From the NCBI GenBank assembly GCA_025449735.1, contig JANWIV010000001.1, positions 12,654 to 76,653 on the forward strand: 64,000 nucleotides of DNA. Direction: 5' to 3'. The DNA is from Candidatus Microgenomates bacterium. GTDB taxonomy: Bacteria; Patescibacteriota; Microgenomatia; UBA1406; HO2-37-13b. The notes beneath the pieces are model-generated. The model saw only the letters and a list, made by a program, of their open reading frames with translations. It searched no databases and was not told the DNA's origin. Made by a program: the position numbers and the translations under genes. Positions 19,634-28,772 of this stretch are shown one piece after another. Position 1 is the first letter of the stretch; each line of letters starts with the position of its first letter.

Positions 19634-21913
19634 TTATTCAAGGGTCAAACTATAGAATTGCATTGCCAAGTCTCTATTATCAAGATTATTTGTCAAAACA
19701 ATACTCGGTTTAAATGATTTTGAGTAGACAAAATCAATTCTATTTAAGCCGCTATTTAGATTACCCTTAGTCTTGATTGTATATTGCTTCCGTTTGGTTT
19801 CTACATCGATTCCATCAAGGAATACGTCATTTAGATAAATTGATATTTCTTGCGGTAAGTGAAACGAGGCGGCTTCAAAATTAATATCTTGACTACTCGC
19901 TTTATTAGTTTTAATAAATACGGTTGACGATTTGCCCAAACCCCATCTAAATCCTCTCTCTGGCGCACTAAAATTTCTCCCGGCGAAAAGCGCGCTTTCT
20001 TTGTCGCCAAACGAGATGTTTGTAAATTCAAGGTCTTTACTTCGACGAAAATAGAGACTATGAGAGCCATCCTCCATAACTGACTTAAAGCCTAACTCAA
20101 TCAATTTCTCTTGAATAATCTGAGAGTATAACTCATCATTTTTGACAATGACATAATTTATATCTAACAATTCAATCTCCTCTAAAAGCATTTCGTTTGA
20201 TGCTAAAAATTGACTAACACTCGGCGTTTTTGCTGGTTCTTTATACAAATGAAAATTTCCTTTATCAATTATTTTCCCAATGTGACCAATAAAGGGAAGG
20301 GCGCGGTAATAATCAAAAATCGCGCTGTCAATTCGCGATAAATAGCCTCCAATAATTGGGTGCTCATGGATCATCGCACCACGCATAATCTGCTGAGCGT
20401 GCACATCTCCCATATACTGCAAACCATCTCGCAACACAAATGGCACCTCCAGCACCGTGCCACCAGTTTGGTGATTATTGATATATTGATAAGTCTCAAC
20501 TGGTAATTCCGCTGGAGCACGATTAGGGACAAAATATGTCTGATCAACAATGAAAATGAGTAAAACAAGTATAAAAAATTTCAGCAATTTCTCTTTTTTC
20601 AAATGGTCGCTAATAAATTGGAAAATAAAAGCAGCAAATATTGAACCAAAAAATACCGTGCCGGTTATGAATCGAGAAGGGGCGGAGATGATATCAAAAA
20701 AGGGTATAAAATGAAGCGCTAAGAAAGGCAAAGGAAAGTAGATTGGAATTTCTTCGGGCAAAATTATATACCACTTGTTAAAAACCTTAAGTAGTGGCCC
20801 TAAAGAAAGAATGGCAAAGATGATTCCTGATACGGCAAAAACCTTCATGTATTGCTTGGTAATGCTTGGTATTTTTTTGCGAGCAAAGAAATAAATTACA
20901 AAGGAAACAAGAATTAAAATTCCAGGATAGCCAAATCGACCCCAATTGCCTTCAAAAAAAACTGACAATTTCGCGAGTAAAGAATTTTTGTTTGAGATAG
21001 TGTCAAAGATATAATTATAAAGCGGATTAAATTCACTGGGGAATAATAAATTCATCAAGTCGGAAGAGAGAGTCAACGGTCGAACAATTCCTTTGAGCTC
21101 TGGCAATCTATTTCTCATCAGATATTCATTGGCCGACAAAATCCATGGTAATAAAAATACCAAAAATGACAATATAGAGATCGGTACTAATCCCAAATTT
21201 GCGACCATAGTGCCAATGGCTCTTTTCTTAAAGTAAACAAGAGAGCAAACAAAAAGCAGTAAACTACCGATTACTGCCGTAATGAAGTAGTAAGGATTAG
21301 CATAGTAAAGACCCGCCCAGACAGCGCCCCAAAATATTGAGAATAGCACTCGTTGACGATTTGAATTATTGTTTAGAATCGAATGTCCAATCAGCATCAG
21401 CAGCGGAAAAAAATAAGTGGCTGTATAGGTCAAATGCCCTAAAACTCGATAAGAAAGATACGGCGAAAAGCCATATATTAGAGCGCCAATCATTGATGCA
21501 AAGTTTGATAATTTAAATCGTCTCAATAGCAAATACATAACTAAATTTCCTAATGCGATGTTAAAAAGTACAATTAATTGAGTCGCTTGGTGAATATCAA
21601 GTAGGGGACGAAGTACAAAAAGAAACGGTACATTGATAAAAGAAGTATCTTGAAAAGCAAAATTGGTTTCGAACGGATACAAAACTTTTGTAGTCGTAGC
21701 AAACGGGTTATTGAAATGAGACAAACTTTTATATTCAGTTTCCGTCAGAAACTCGGTCACCACTCCGTCATCAATTGGAATTGTCATCGAGTCATATAAT
21801 ATGACGTTTCGCAGAATTTGAAAATTGAAAACTATTGTAAGTAAAGAAACTAGAAGCGTAAAAGCGATTTCATATCTGAATATTAGTGCTTTTTCTTTTA
21901 TCGCTTTCAACAT
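19634..21913 (-). CDS. Polytopic membrane protein, paralog family B, with C-terminal module
   Basis: NPFATTTKVLYPFETNFAFQDTSFINVPFLFVLRPL and VLEVPFVLRDGLQYMGD. Tail APERGFRW...DNRDLAMQF. The track start 21958 is TTG, so I prefer ATG 21913 (MLKAIKEK). Confidence 0.6.
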   Translation of the reverse strand: MLKAIKEKALIFRYEIAFTLLVSLLTIVFNFQILRNVILYDSMTIPIDDGVVTEFLTETEYKSLSHFNNPFATTTKVLYPFETNFAFQDTSFINVPFLFVLRPLLDIHQATQLIVLFNIALGNLVMYLLLRRFKLSNFASMIGALIYGFSPYLSYRVLGHLTYTATYFFPLLMLIGHSILNNNSNRQRVLFSIFWGAVWAGLYYANPYYFITAVIGSLLLFVCSLVYFKKRAIGTMVANLGLVPISILSFLVFLLPWILSANEYLMRNRLPELKGIVRPLTLSSDLMNLLFPSEFNPLYNYIFDTISNKNSLLAKLSVFFEGNWGRFGYPGILILVSFVIYFFARKKIPSITKQYMKVFAVSGIIFAILSLGPLLKVFNKWYIILPEEIPIYFPLPFLALHFIPFFDIISAPSRFITGTVFFGSIFAAFIFQFISDHLKKEKLLKFFILVLLIFIVDQTYFVPNRAPAELPVETYQYINNHQTGGTVLEVPFVLRDGLQYMGDVHAQQIMRGAMIHEHPIIGGYLSRIDSAIFDYYRALPFIGHIGKIIDKGNFHLYKEPAKTPSVSQFLASNEMLLEEIELLDINYVIVKNDELYSQIIQEKLIELGFKSVMEDGSHSLYFRRSKDLEFTNISFGDKESALFAGRNFSAPERGFRWGLGKSSTVFIKTNKASSQDINFEAASFHLPQEISIYLNDVFLDGIDVETKRKQYTIKTKGNLNSGLNRIDFVYSKSFKPSIVLTNNLDNRDLAMQFYSLTLE

Positions 21914-21921
21914 AGAATGTC

Positions 21922-21935
21922 CTATTATATAATAG
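21922..21935. promoter_or_regulatory. Perfect 14-bp palindrome CTATTATATAATAG giving TATAAT on both strands (back-to-back divergent -10 boxes)
   Basis: It lies in the 31-bp gap between ATG 21913 (minus strand) and ATG 21945 (plus strand). Distances from the -10 boxes to the ATGs are 10 and 11 nt. Confidence 0.5.
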
Positions 21936-21944
21936 CCTTTGAAT

Positions 21945-22886
21945 ATGAGTGACACCAATCTAATTAAAAAATATCTTCGTCCTTTTTACCGACGAACTTC
22001 TAAAAGAATGTTTAAGTTTTTAAAATTAGATGAGCTAATGGATATGTTGCTGCAAATTAATCATCGCGCTTTTACAATTGAAGAAGAGCTGCAAAAATTG
22101 AAGAAGATTCAAGCGGCAACCAATCTCATCCTTTCGGGCCAAGATTCTTATCAAAATGAACTCTACCGAAAATACGAAATCGCCCCTTTGGAAATTTTTG
22201 ATCTTAGTACGGCGATAGCCGGTGAAAGCAAAAGTGAAATTGATATTATTAATTTCATCGACCGGACGGGTCTCGATTTTGCAAATAAAACAGTCACGAT
22301 AATTGGCGGCAATAGCGATCTATACGCTCATATTTTGCAAAAAAAAGGGGCTAAAAAAATACACCGGATAGAAAGTAATCCCCAAATTTCAAAAGACATT
22401 GAAGAGAACAATGTTAGTTTTATTTATCCCTTAAACCTAGGCAAAGCTTCTCGTGAACATTGTGACATCTTACTTATTCCAAGCGCTAGTTGGACCACGC
22501 TATTATCCTCACGTAGCTTTGCCGGGTTTGGCAGCTTTGTTAAGGAGTCGATTATACTTCAGTCTCGAGTCAATTCTCAAACTTCATATAGCTCAAGCTT
22601 AGAACCGGCTATATTTGATGACGACGGCCGACTTAGTTTGAATGATAATTATTTAAGGCGACAATTACATTTAAGCGGTTTTGTTGAAGTTGAATGCATT
22701 TATACAGAAGGAGTTTATATTGATAACTATTTTGATTTGAAGGTAACTAAATTTAATCAATTGAATGGATTTACCATAATTAAAAAAAATAGAAGACCAA
22801 CTAAGGATCAGTTACTAAAAATAAAAGACTCAACAGAGAAGATATATATTGGTCGAAAACTTCCCAGTAAAAAATACCTTTCATGA
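21945..22886 (+). CDS. Hypothetical protein (coiled-coil N-terminus, Rossmann-like middle)
   Basis: Long ORF. The track start 21939 is TTG and the first ATG is 21945. VTIIGGNSDLYAHILQKKGAKKIHRIE looks like a nucleotide-binding strand-loop, but no clear family motif is present. Confidence 0.5.
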   Translation: MSDTNLIKKYLRPFYRRTSKRMFKFLKLDELMDMLLQINHRAFTIEEELQKLKKIQAATNLILSGQDSYQNELYRKYEIAPLEIFDLSTAIAGESKSEIDIINFIDRTGLDFANKTVTIIGGNSDLYAHILQKKGAKKIHRIESNPQISKDIEENNVSFIYPLNLGKASREHCDILLIPSASWTTLLSSRSFAGFGSFVKESIILQSRVNSQTSYSSSLEPAIFDDDGRLSLNDNYLRRQLHLSGFVEVECIYTEGVYIDNYFDLKVTKFNQLNGFTIIKKNRRPTKDQLLKIKDSTEKIYIGRKLPSKKYLS

Positions 22887-23821
22887 AAACTACCTTTTTA
22901 TTTTATGGTTTTGGTGCAGAATACGTGCTTCATTCACTTTATGAAGAGTTATTGAAAAGAGGGGAGGCCTGCATTGAAATTGATGCCCTGACCACGCTTG
23001 ATTCAAGAAGGTTGATCAAAAGGTTAACAGCTAAACCTGTAGTTCTTCTTACATCAGCCCATCTTCTCCTTGATAGAAAAAGTTTTACCGACTTCTATCC
23101 AACTAAAAGCAAGTTCTACAGTGTTCTCGAAATAATTTCATTGATAAAACCACTTAAAACCTTTTTCTTTCCTCATGATTTAACAGAGCCCTTGATTGAA
23201 TATGAAGAAAAATACCTAAATCAGCTTGATTTATTTTTATCCCCCGGTGAGCCGTTTACCACTATTTTTTCACAATATGTCATGACCGAAGAAGTCGGTT
23301 GGATTAAATACAAAAAAAATAACTCGCGACCTAAAAAACCAAATAGAAGCAAACAAAAAAATGCTATCTGGTTTTTATCCGATTTTATTATATATATCAA
23401 CATGGGTAAAGTTGCGGCATATGAATTCTTATCACCCATACTTTCGCAAGGAATCAGTATGAAGCTCCCACTTTGGGAGAGTAGTGAAGAATTTGAGAAA
23501 TATTTTATAGAGAAGGGTGTAAAAATGTATCCGGCGCGCGAAAATGCGATTGAGCTAATTCAAAATCACGATATTACTATTACAAATGGTCTTTCATCGA
23601 TAATTGCCGAAAGCTATTATTTAGGCAAAACGACAGTAAATATCAAGGAACGCTCTCATTATGGCAACAAACTTTCTCATCTTGAGAATCAGTTTCCAGA
23701 TTTGATATTTTATGAAAATATAGTAGACTTCACCTTGTCAGAAGTTCCTAAAAAGATGCGGAAGCCAACTCTAAAACCATTCGACATGAAAAAAACAATT
23801 GAATTAATTACAAAATTATGA
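22883..23821 (+). CDS. Hypothetical protein
   Basis: 312 aa. ATGA-coupled to the upstream gene. No motif I can assign. Confidence 0.5.
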   Translation: MKTTFLFYGFGAEYVLHSLYEELLKRGEACIEIDALTTLDSRRLIKRLTAKPVVLLTSAHLLLDRKSFTDFYPTKSKFYSVLEIISLIKPLKTFFFPHDLTEPLIEYEEKYLNQLDLFLSPGEPFTTIFSQYVMTEEVGWIKYKKNNSRPKKPNRSKQKNAIWFLSDFIIYINMGKVAAYEFLSPILSQGISMKLPLWESSEEFEKYFIEKGVKMYPARENAIELIQNHDITITNGLSSIIAESYYLGKTTVNIKERSHYGNKLSHLENQFPDLIFYENIVDFTLSEVPKKMRKPTLKPFDMKKTIELITKL

Positions 23822-24411
23822 GGTATAATTTCGCTTTTGACCTAGATGGCACAATCACTACTAAGGAAATCTTACCGATTTTAGCTAAAGAACTAGGACT
23901 ATATAACGAGATGTCTAAGTTGACCGAAGCTTCAATGGCAGGAGAGATTCCATTTGATCAAAGTTTCCAAAAAAGAGTCTCGATGCTTAAAAAAATTCCC
24001 ATTTCTAAAGTTCAAAAAATAATTCTTGGGATTCCATTGAACAAGCATATCGTCAGTTTTATAAAGGAGAATCGAAATCGGTGTCATATCGTCACTCAAA
24101 ACTTAGATGTTTGGATTGAACCCTTACTCATGCGAATTGGTGCCCCTTATCTAGCTTCTACCGCGGACTATAAGGGGGACCACTTAATTGACATCAAGAA
24201 GATTTTACGAAAAAAGACAATTCATCATGATGTCGACTACCCAATAGTTGCCATAGGTGAAGGTTTTAATGACTTGGAAATGATGGTTGATGCCCCATTA
24301 AGCATTGCTTTTGGCGGTATTCACCAGCCAGTCCCGGCGGTACTGGACGCTTGTGATTATGCAATTTATGAGGCTCAGCATCTATGCAACTTCCTAAAAC
24401 AATTATTATAA
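23818..24411 (+). CDS. HAD-superfamily phosphatase (subfamily IB, phosphoserine-phosphatase-like)
   Basis: Motif I FAFDLDGTIT and motif III GEGFNDLEMM. Confidence 0.75.
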   Translation: MRYNFAFDLDGTITTKEILPILAKELGLYNEMSKLTEASMAGEIPFDQSFQKRVSMLKKIPISKVQKIILGIPLNKHIVSFIKENRNRCHIVTQNLDVWIEPLLMRIGAPYLASTADYKGDHLIDIKKILRKKTIHHDVDYPIVAIGEGFNDLEMMVDAPLSIAFGGIHQPVPAVLDACDYAIYEAQHLCNFLKQLL

Positions 24412-25034
24412 GCGCCGCCGGTGCTGGCTCGAGGCTTAGCTTTGCTCATACCAAAGCGCTCTTAAAAATAGCCGGTAAACCAATTATTATTCATCACCTT
24501 GAGGCACTTGACGATTTTGATGACATCCGCATTATTGTCGGCTATGATGCTGAGAATGTCATTAAAACTGTGTTAAATTATCGGCGCGACGTCACATTCG
24601 TCTTCAATCATCGTTATCAAACGACAAACACCCTACATAGTTTATACCTAGGGACACGCTTTGCACAAAAATATATTGTCTCACTGGATGGAGACTTATT
24701 AGTAAACCCTAAAGATTTGAGAAGCTTTCTAAAGGAGGATGGCGAGGTAATGGGGCTTATTCCTACCTATTCAGATGAACCGGTTTGTACTAAAATAGTG
24801 AATAAGGGTAAAGATATCATGATTACCGGATTTACCAGGAAAAGACTCGAATATGAGTGGACTGGTCTACTTCAAATAAAAAGTGAGCGTATTATCGACA
24901 CTGGCACTTATGTTTATCATTGTGTTGAAAATGCCCTGCCTTTCAAAGCCGCCTTTGTCGATTGTCGCGAAGTTGATACCCCAGATGATTATCAGCGAGC
25001 TGTCGAATGGGGGCTTAAAGTATTTAAAAAATGA
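24384..25034 (+). CDS. Sugar-/alcohol-phosphate nucleotidyltransferase (MobA-like NTP-transferase, LicC/IspD-like)
   Basis: N-terminal IIISAAGAGSRL glycine-rich loop followed by KALLKIAGKPII. Confidence 0.65.
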   Translation: MQLPKTIIISAAGAGSRLSFAHTKALLKIAGKPIIIHHLEALDDFDDIRIIVGYDAENVIKTVLNYRRDVTFVFNHRYQTTNTLHSLYLGTRFAQKYIVSLDGDLLVNPKDLRSFLKEDGEVMGLIPTYSDEPVCTKIVNKGKDIMITGFTRKRLEYEWTGLLQIKSERIIDTGTYVYHCVENALPFKAAFVDCREVDTPDDYQRAVEWGLKVFKK

Positions 25035-26113
25035 CAGAACAAAACTCAAATTCACCATTAACAGAATTCATTGGCGTTCTTCCTGAAGATAAACGCTTAT
25101 CCTTCGCTCGCTATATGACCTCGCTGTCATCTTTTGAAATTGGCAAGTCTCTACTACTTCATGGTCGAATCCGTGATCGATCGCTTACCGTTATAGATAA
25201 AGTTCGAGGGTCAAACCACCTTGGCACTGTCGAGCGATCATTTCGAAACATTACTGGTCATGAACTTACAGTAGCAGCAAGCTTAAACGCCCTGTCAAGT
25301 ATGATGGGTTTTAGTGATGAGGGAATAACAACTGCAACAATTGCCGGATATGCCCATGATGCTACCAAACCAACCCAAATAGTACTAGATAATTTTCGTA
25401 TAGTTGCTGTAAATCAGGGTGGTGAAAACGGATATTCAAAAGGCGAAGTTCAATCGTCCCGTAGGATCGCGCAAGAATGGCTTGAGTATTATAATTTGCC
25501 AGCTGGAGATTTATTGAATCGAATTGAAACCTCTGGTCCTGAAGAAAATATTCACCTTTTTGAGCAAGATGTAAACATTCCAATACTTAATTCAATTCTT
25601 AGAGAAGCTGGTGTGGATTCAAAGGAACGAGATGAACTTCTAACTTTAGCATCATGTGATACCTGGAACGGCATGCCGAACATGATTGCAATGACCGCAA
25701 GGACTGTAGGTGACAAGGGTGAGAAATTTTCACATCTTGTCAGCTATCTTCTATCGCGGAATAGACTTCCTAAGGTCTCTTTGTCAGAACAAGACCAATT
25801 AATGGCAATGATGTTGTGGTACACTGATGCCATTGCTGCTGGCGACACGCTTCGTACTGTCGATGGTCGAATTGATGAACTCGAACACAGAATAGATTAT
25901 TCTGAGCTAAATACTTGGGCGAAAGAATTTTATGGTATTGAGTCAATTACTGAAGTCAATCGAATACTTAACCATTCGATAGAAGAGGTCCTAATGGACA
26001 AACTAATTGCCGCTGGAAAAATAAAACCAGACACTCCCGCCTCAGAACTACCGATTTTGATTCTAAATCATATCCTAGAGTCGGTCAACAGTTTTGCAGA
26101 AAGCAAAAAATAG
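25031..26113 (+). CDS. Hypothetical protein, possible HD-domain phosphohydrolase
   Basis: GHELTVAASLNAL...(about 25 aa)...AGYAHDATKP resembles the H...HD signature. Weak by-eye paralogy to 52148-53479. Confidence 0.4.
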   Translation: MTEQNSNSPLTEFIGVLPEDKRLSFARYMTSLSSFEIGKSLLLHGRIRDRSLTVIDKVRGSNHLGTVERSFRNITGHELTVAASLNALSSMMGFSDEGITTATIAGYAHDATKPTQIVLDNFRIVAVNQGGENGYSKGEVQSSRRIAQEWLEYYNLPAGDLLNRIETSGPEENIHLFEQDVNIPILNSILREAGVDSKERDELLTLASCDTWNGMPNMIAMTARTVGDKGEKFSHLVSYLLSRNRLPKVSLSEQDQLMAMMLWYTDAIAAGDTLRTVDGRIDELEHRIDYSELNTWAKEFYGIESITEVNRILNHSIEEVLMDKLIAAGKIKPDTPASELPILILNHILESVNSFAESKK

Positions 26114-26145
26114 AGTTAAATTCAATCAGCCATATCGAATAAATT

Positions 26146-26790
26146 ATGAAAACTCAAATAGATCGGAAAAAAATTGATGCCTTTTGGAAAAAGCGTACTA
26201 AAGTCACCAATGTCCGGGTTTCAACTCACTTCAGAATTGATGACATGCATGAGTTTGATCTGAAGCTCATTGAAAAATATATAACAAAAAAAACCAGACT
26301 ACTTGATCTAGGGGCTGGCACTTGTTACCACGCCAACAGACTAATTGGCAAAGTGGCCTATATCAAGGCAACAGATAAATTCGGTGAATTTTTGCATCAT
26401 TGCAAAGTGGGGGATAATTTCGAGACCCAAACTGCCGACGCCCTCACCTATGACGATCATAAAAAATATGATGTCATACTGCTTTTGGGAGTGATGAATT
26501 ACTTTAGTGACAAAGAAGCCAGTCAAATTTACAAAAATTGCCATTCCATGCTTGCCGAGGGCGGCACGTTAATTATCAAGCATCAATCTGGAGTTAAAGA
26601 AGATATTGTCGTTGATAAATATTCTGAGGTAATAGGGGATTCCTACCATGCTCTGTATCGTCAAAAAGAAAAAGATGTCAAGTTGATGGAAAAATATTTC
26701 CAAGTTGAAACAATCGACATTTACCCCAAACGCCTCAACCCTTGGCCCAATACCCATTTCTATGCCTACGTCTGTAAAAATAAAAATTAA
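26146..26790 (+). CDS. Class I SAM-dependent methyltransferase
   Basis: Motif I LLDLGAGTCYH. 214 aa. Confidence 0.7.
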   Translation: MKTQIDRKKIDAFWKKRTKVTNVRVSTHFRIDDMHEFDLKLIEKYITKKTRLLDLGAGTCYHANRLIGKVAYIKATDKFGEFLHHCKVGDNFETQTADALTYDDHKKYDVILLLGVMNYFSDKEASQIYKNCHSMLAEGGTLIIKHQSGVKEDIVVDKYSEVIGDSYHALYRQKEKDVKLMEKYFQVETIDIYPKRLNPWPNTHFYAYVCKNKN

Positions 26791-26792
26791 AT

Positions 26793-28772
26793 CTAATTGT
26801 TAGATCTTTTCAATTTATATATCTCTAAGATGCCTGCTGTTTTATCAAATTGATAGAATGGTTTTGTCGCTTCAAACAGTTCATTTGCACCTTGGTATGA
26901 AGAGGGGGTCGGAAACTGCGGATAATTTTTATCGACAAATATGTATTCTGGTTTAGGATCCATATTGATTAGCGTTTTTTTAGCTTTTTCCAATTCACTT
27001 TGATAATAAAATTGCTCCATCATTGGTACTGGTAGCAGTTGGGTTTTCTCCGCCATGACAAGAATTACGGTATCAAATTGAGAAAATAAAAGAATTTTTT
27101 TTTCACCTGATGACAGTTTTTTTATTGCTGATACTGATTCGAATAATTCGTTCACCGTTCGTCCCGCATCTTCGTTGTAGGAGACCACATAAAAAGCACG
27201 ATTGCCGGGATACTTTTTTGAAATCTTTACCTGATTGTAGGCATAGGAGCGATATTCAATTCTTTTAGCTAAGTAATATGTACTAAAGCAGAATATTGCG
27301 ATAAAAGAAATAAATATCGTTATCTTAATTAGCTTTGAAAAGTTGTCCTTAAAATTTGACAGTTGGTCAAAAAAAATAATTAAAATAAGCAAAGCCGGCA
27401 AAATAACCACTGGCAAATTCGAACTGACACTACGGCTAATATAATAATTAAAAAGCATCAAACCATATCCAGCAAGACCAGCTGTGGCAGCATATATCCA
27501 GTTAAACGGTTTTTTACTAACAAATATTTGATTTAGAGAAAGAATGATAGTCAAAAAATAAATAGCCAAAATTGGCAAGTGCAAACCGAGGACTGGGGTT
27601 TTGACATTAGAAATTCCTTCTTGTGCTAAATAAACAAACTTAAAAAAGAAATTCCAGTTTGGCCAAGAACCAGAAACAGCTAATGTATAGATTGAAAAAA
27701 TTACAAAAACAAGAACTAAAGAGGTTAAGAAAAATGATGATTTTTTAAGAAAGAAAATAAGTCTCGCTTTTAGCGATAATTCATATTTTGATAAGGAGGC
27801 AAACAAAGTAAATGACATCAGCCCAATCGACAAAGCCAGACCTGTCTCTAAATTGTAAAGAACCGAGCCGGTCGTCAAAAAACAAGCAATTACAAATAGG
27901 GGAGTGGAAGATAAATTTTTATTCTTGTAAAGCAGATAAAATACCGGGATATCTAGAAAATATCTAAGCACGGTTGCTCCGGGCCAGACATAATTTTCCG
28001 ACACCGGATAAGTCGGGTAATTAAAAAGGGTAGTTACACCCATCATAATAAATAACCCGAAAAGACAAAGCAACTTATTCTGAGTCACGCGAAGCAAGAA
28101 AAAATACAAGAAAAAATAGTAAATCATCGTGACGACCATAAATACAAAATAAAGATTCATGTAAGAAAATGGGATTACAAATTGAAACAGTTTGTATAGC
28201 ACAAAAGGTAGTAGCATTCCATATTGGCTATATGTGTCAACCAACAGATGTTTGCCGGCAAACAAGTCATTGATGGTGGCGATAATAAAATTATGATGGT
28301 AATAATTAATCCAAATCCCAGTCTCAAGCAAGTAGCCAAAATTGAAAAGGACAACAAAAATCAGCAACATTGCCACTGCTAAATGATTTTTATTTAGAAA
28401 GTTTTTTATTGGTGAAATTTTCTTTTCTATCTTTAAATACTGATTACGCATACCAAAACCAAATTTCGGTAGTTTAAAAGAGAGATTTATATCTTTTTTA
28501 AAGAATCGACTTAACTTCATCGATAACAGAATCGTTACAATCGGTATGAAAATCAAAGACAGGTTATAAAATAATTTAAAATACCTCTTAGGGTTAAATT
28601 CTTCATGCCGCCATGAAACTAATTGCGTCCGATCGATACGATTCATTGACTCCTCAACGCCTAAATATTTCAAAACAATATAAATTACTCCCAAAATTAA
28701 TACTGATAATAAAAAACTGAATACAAGAACTAAAATTGATGAAGAAATTCGAATAGAATTATTTTTTTGCAT
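26793..28772 (-). CDS. Polytopic membrane protein (third type, unrelated by eye to families A/B) with C-terminal soluble domain
   Basis: 659 aa with many hydrophobic helices and a C-terminal hydrophilic domain of about 150 aa. The stop lies 3 nt from the convergent methyltransferase. Confidence 0.5.
   Translation of the reverse strand: MQKNNSIRISSSILVLVFSFLLSVLILGVIYIVLKYLGVEESMNRIDRTQLVSWRHEEFNPKRYFKLFYNLSLIFIPIVTILLSMKLSRFFKKDINLSFKLPKFGFGMRNQYLKIEKKISPIKNFLNKNHLAVAMLLIFVVLFNFGYLLETGIWINYYHHNFIIATINDLFAGKHLLVDTYSQYGMLLPFVLYKLFQFVIPFSYMNLYFVFMVVTMIYYFFLYFFLLRVTQNKLLCLFGLFIMMGVTTLFNYPTYPVSENYVWPGATVLRYFLDIPVFYLLYKNKNLSSTPLFVIACFLTTGSVLYNLETGLALSIGLMSFTLFASLSKYELSLKARLIFFLKKSSFFLTSLVLVFVIFSIYTLAVSGSWPNWNFFFKFVYLAQEGISNVKTPVLGLHLPILAIYFLTIILSLNQIFVSKKPFNWIYAATAGLAGYGLMLFNYYISRSVSSNLPVVILPALLILIIFFDQLSNFKDNFSKLIKITIFISFIAIFCFSTYYLAKRIEYRSYAYNQVKISKKYPGNRAFYVVSYNEDAGRTVNELFESVSAIKKLSSGEKKILLFSQFDTVILVMAEKTQLLPVPMMEQFYYQSELEKAKKTLINMDPKPEYIFVDKNYPQFPTPSSYQGANELFEATKPFYQFDKTAGILEIYKLKRSNN

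Noticed and set aside
3762-20568. Short antisense ORFs inside large genes (3762-3959, 6000-6185, 11774-12034, 17831-18076, 19831-20070, 20371-20568, and similar ones later such as 23221-23439, 26341-26757 and 28175-28357)
   Set aside because: Each lies wholly within, and opposite to, a long ORF that has clear family motifs. They have odd composition and no start context, so I treat them as shadow ORFs.
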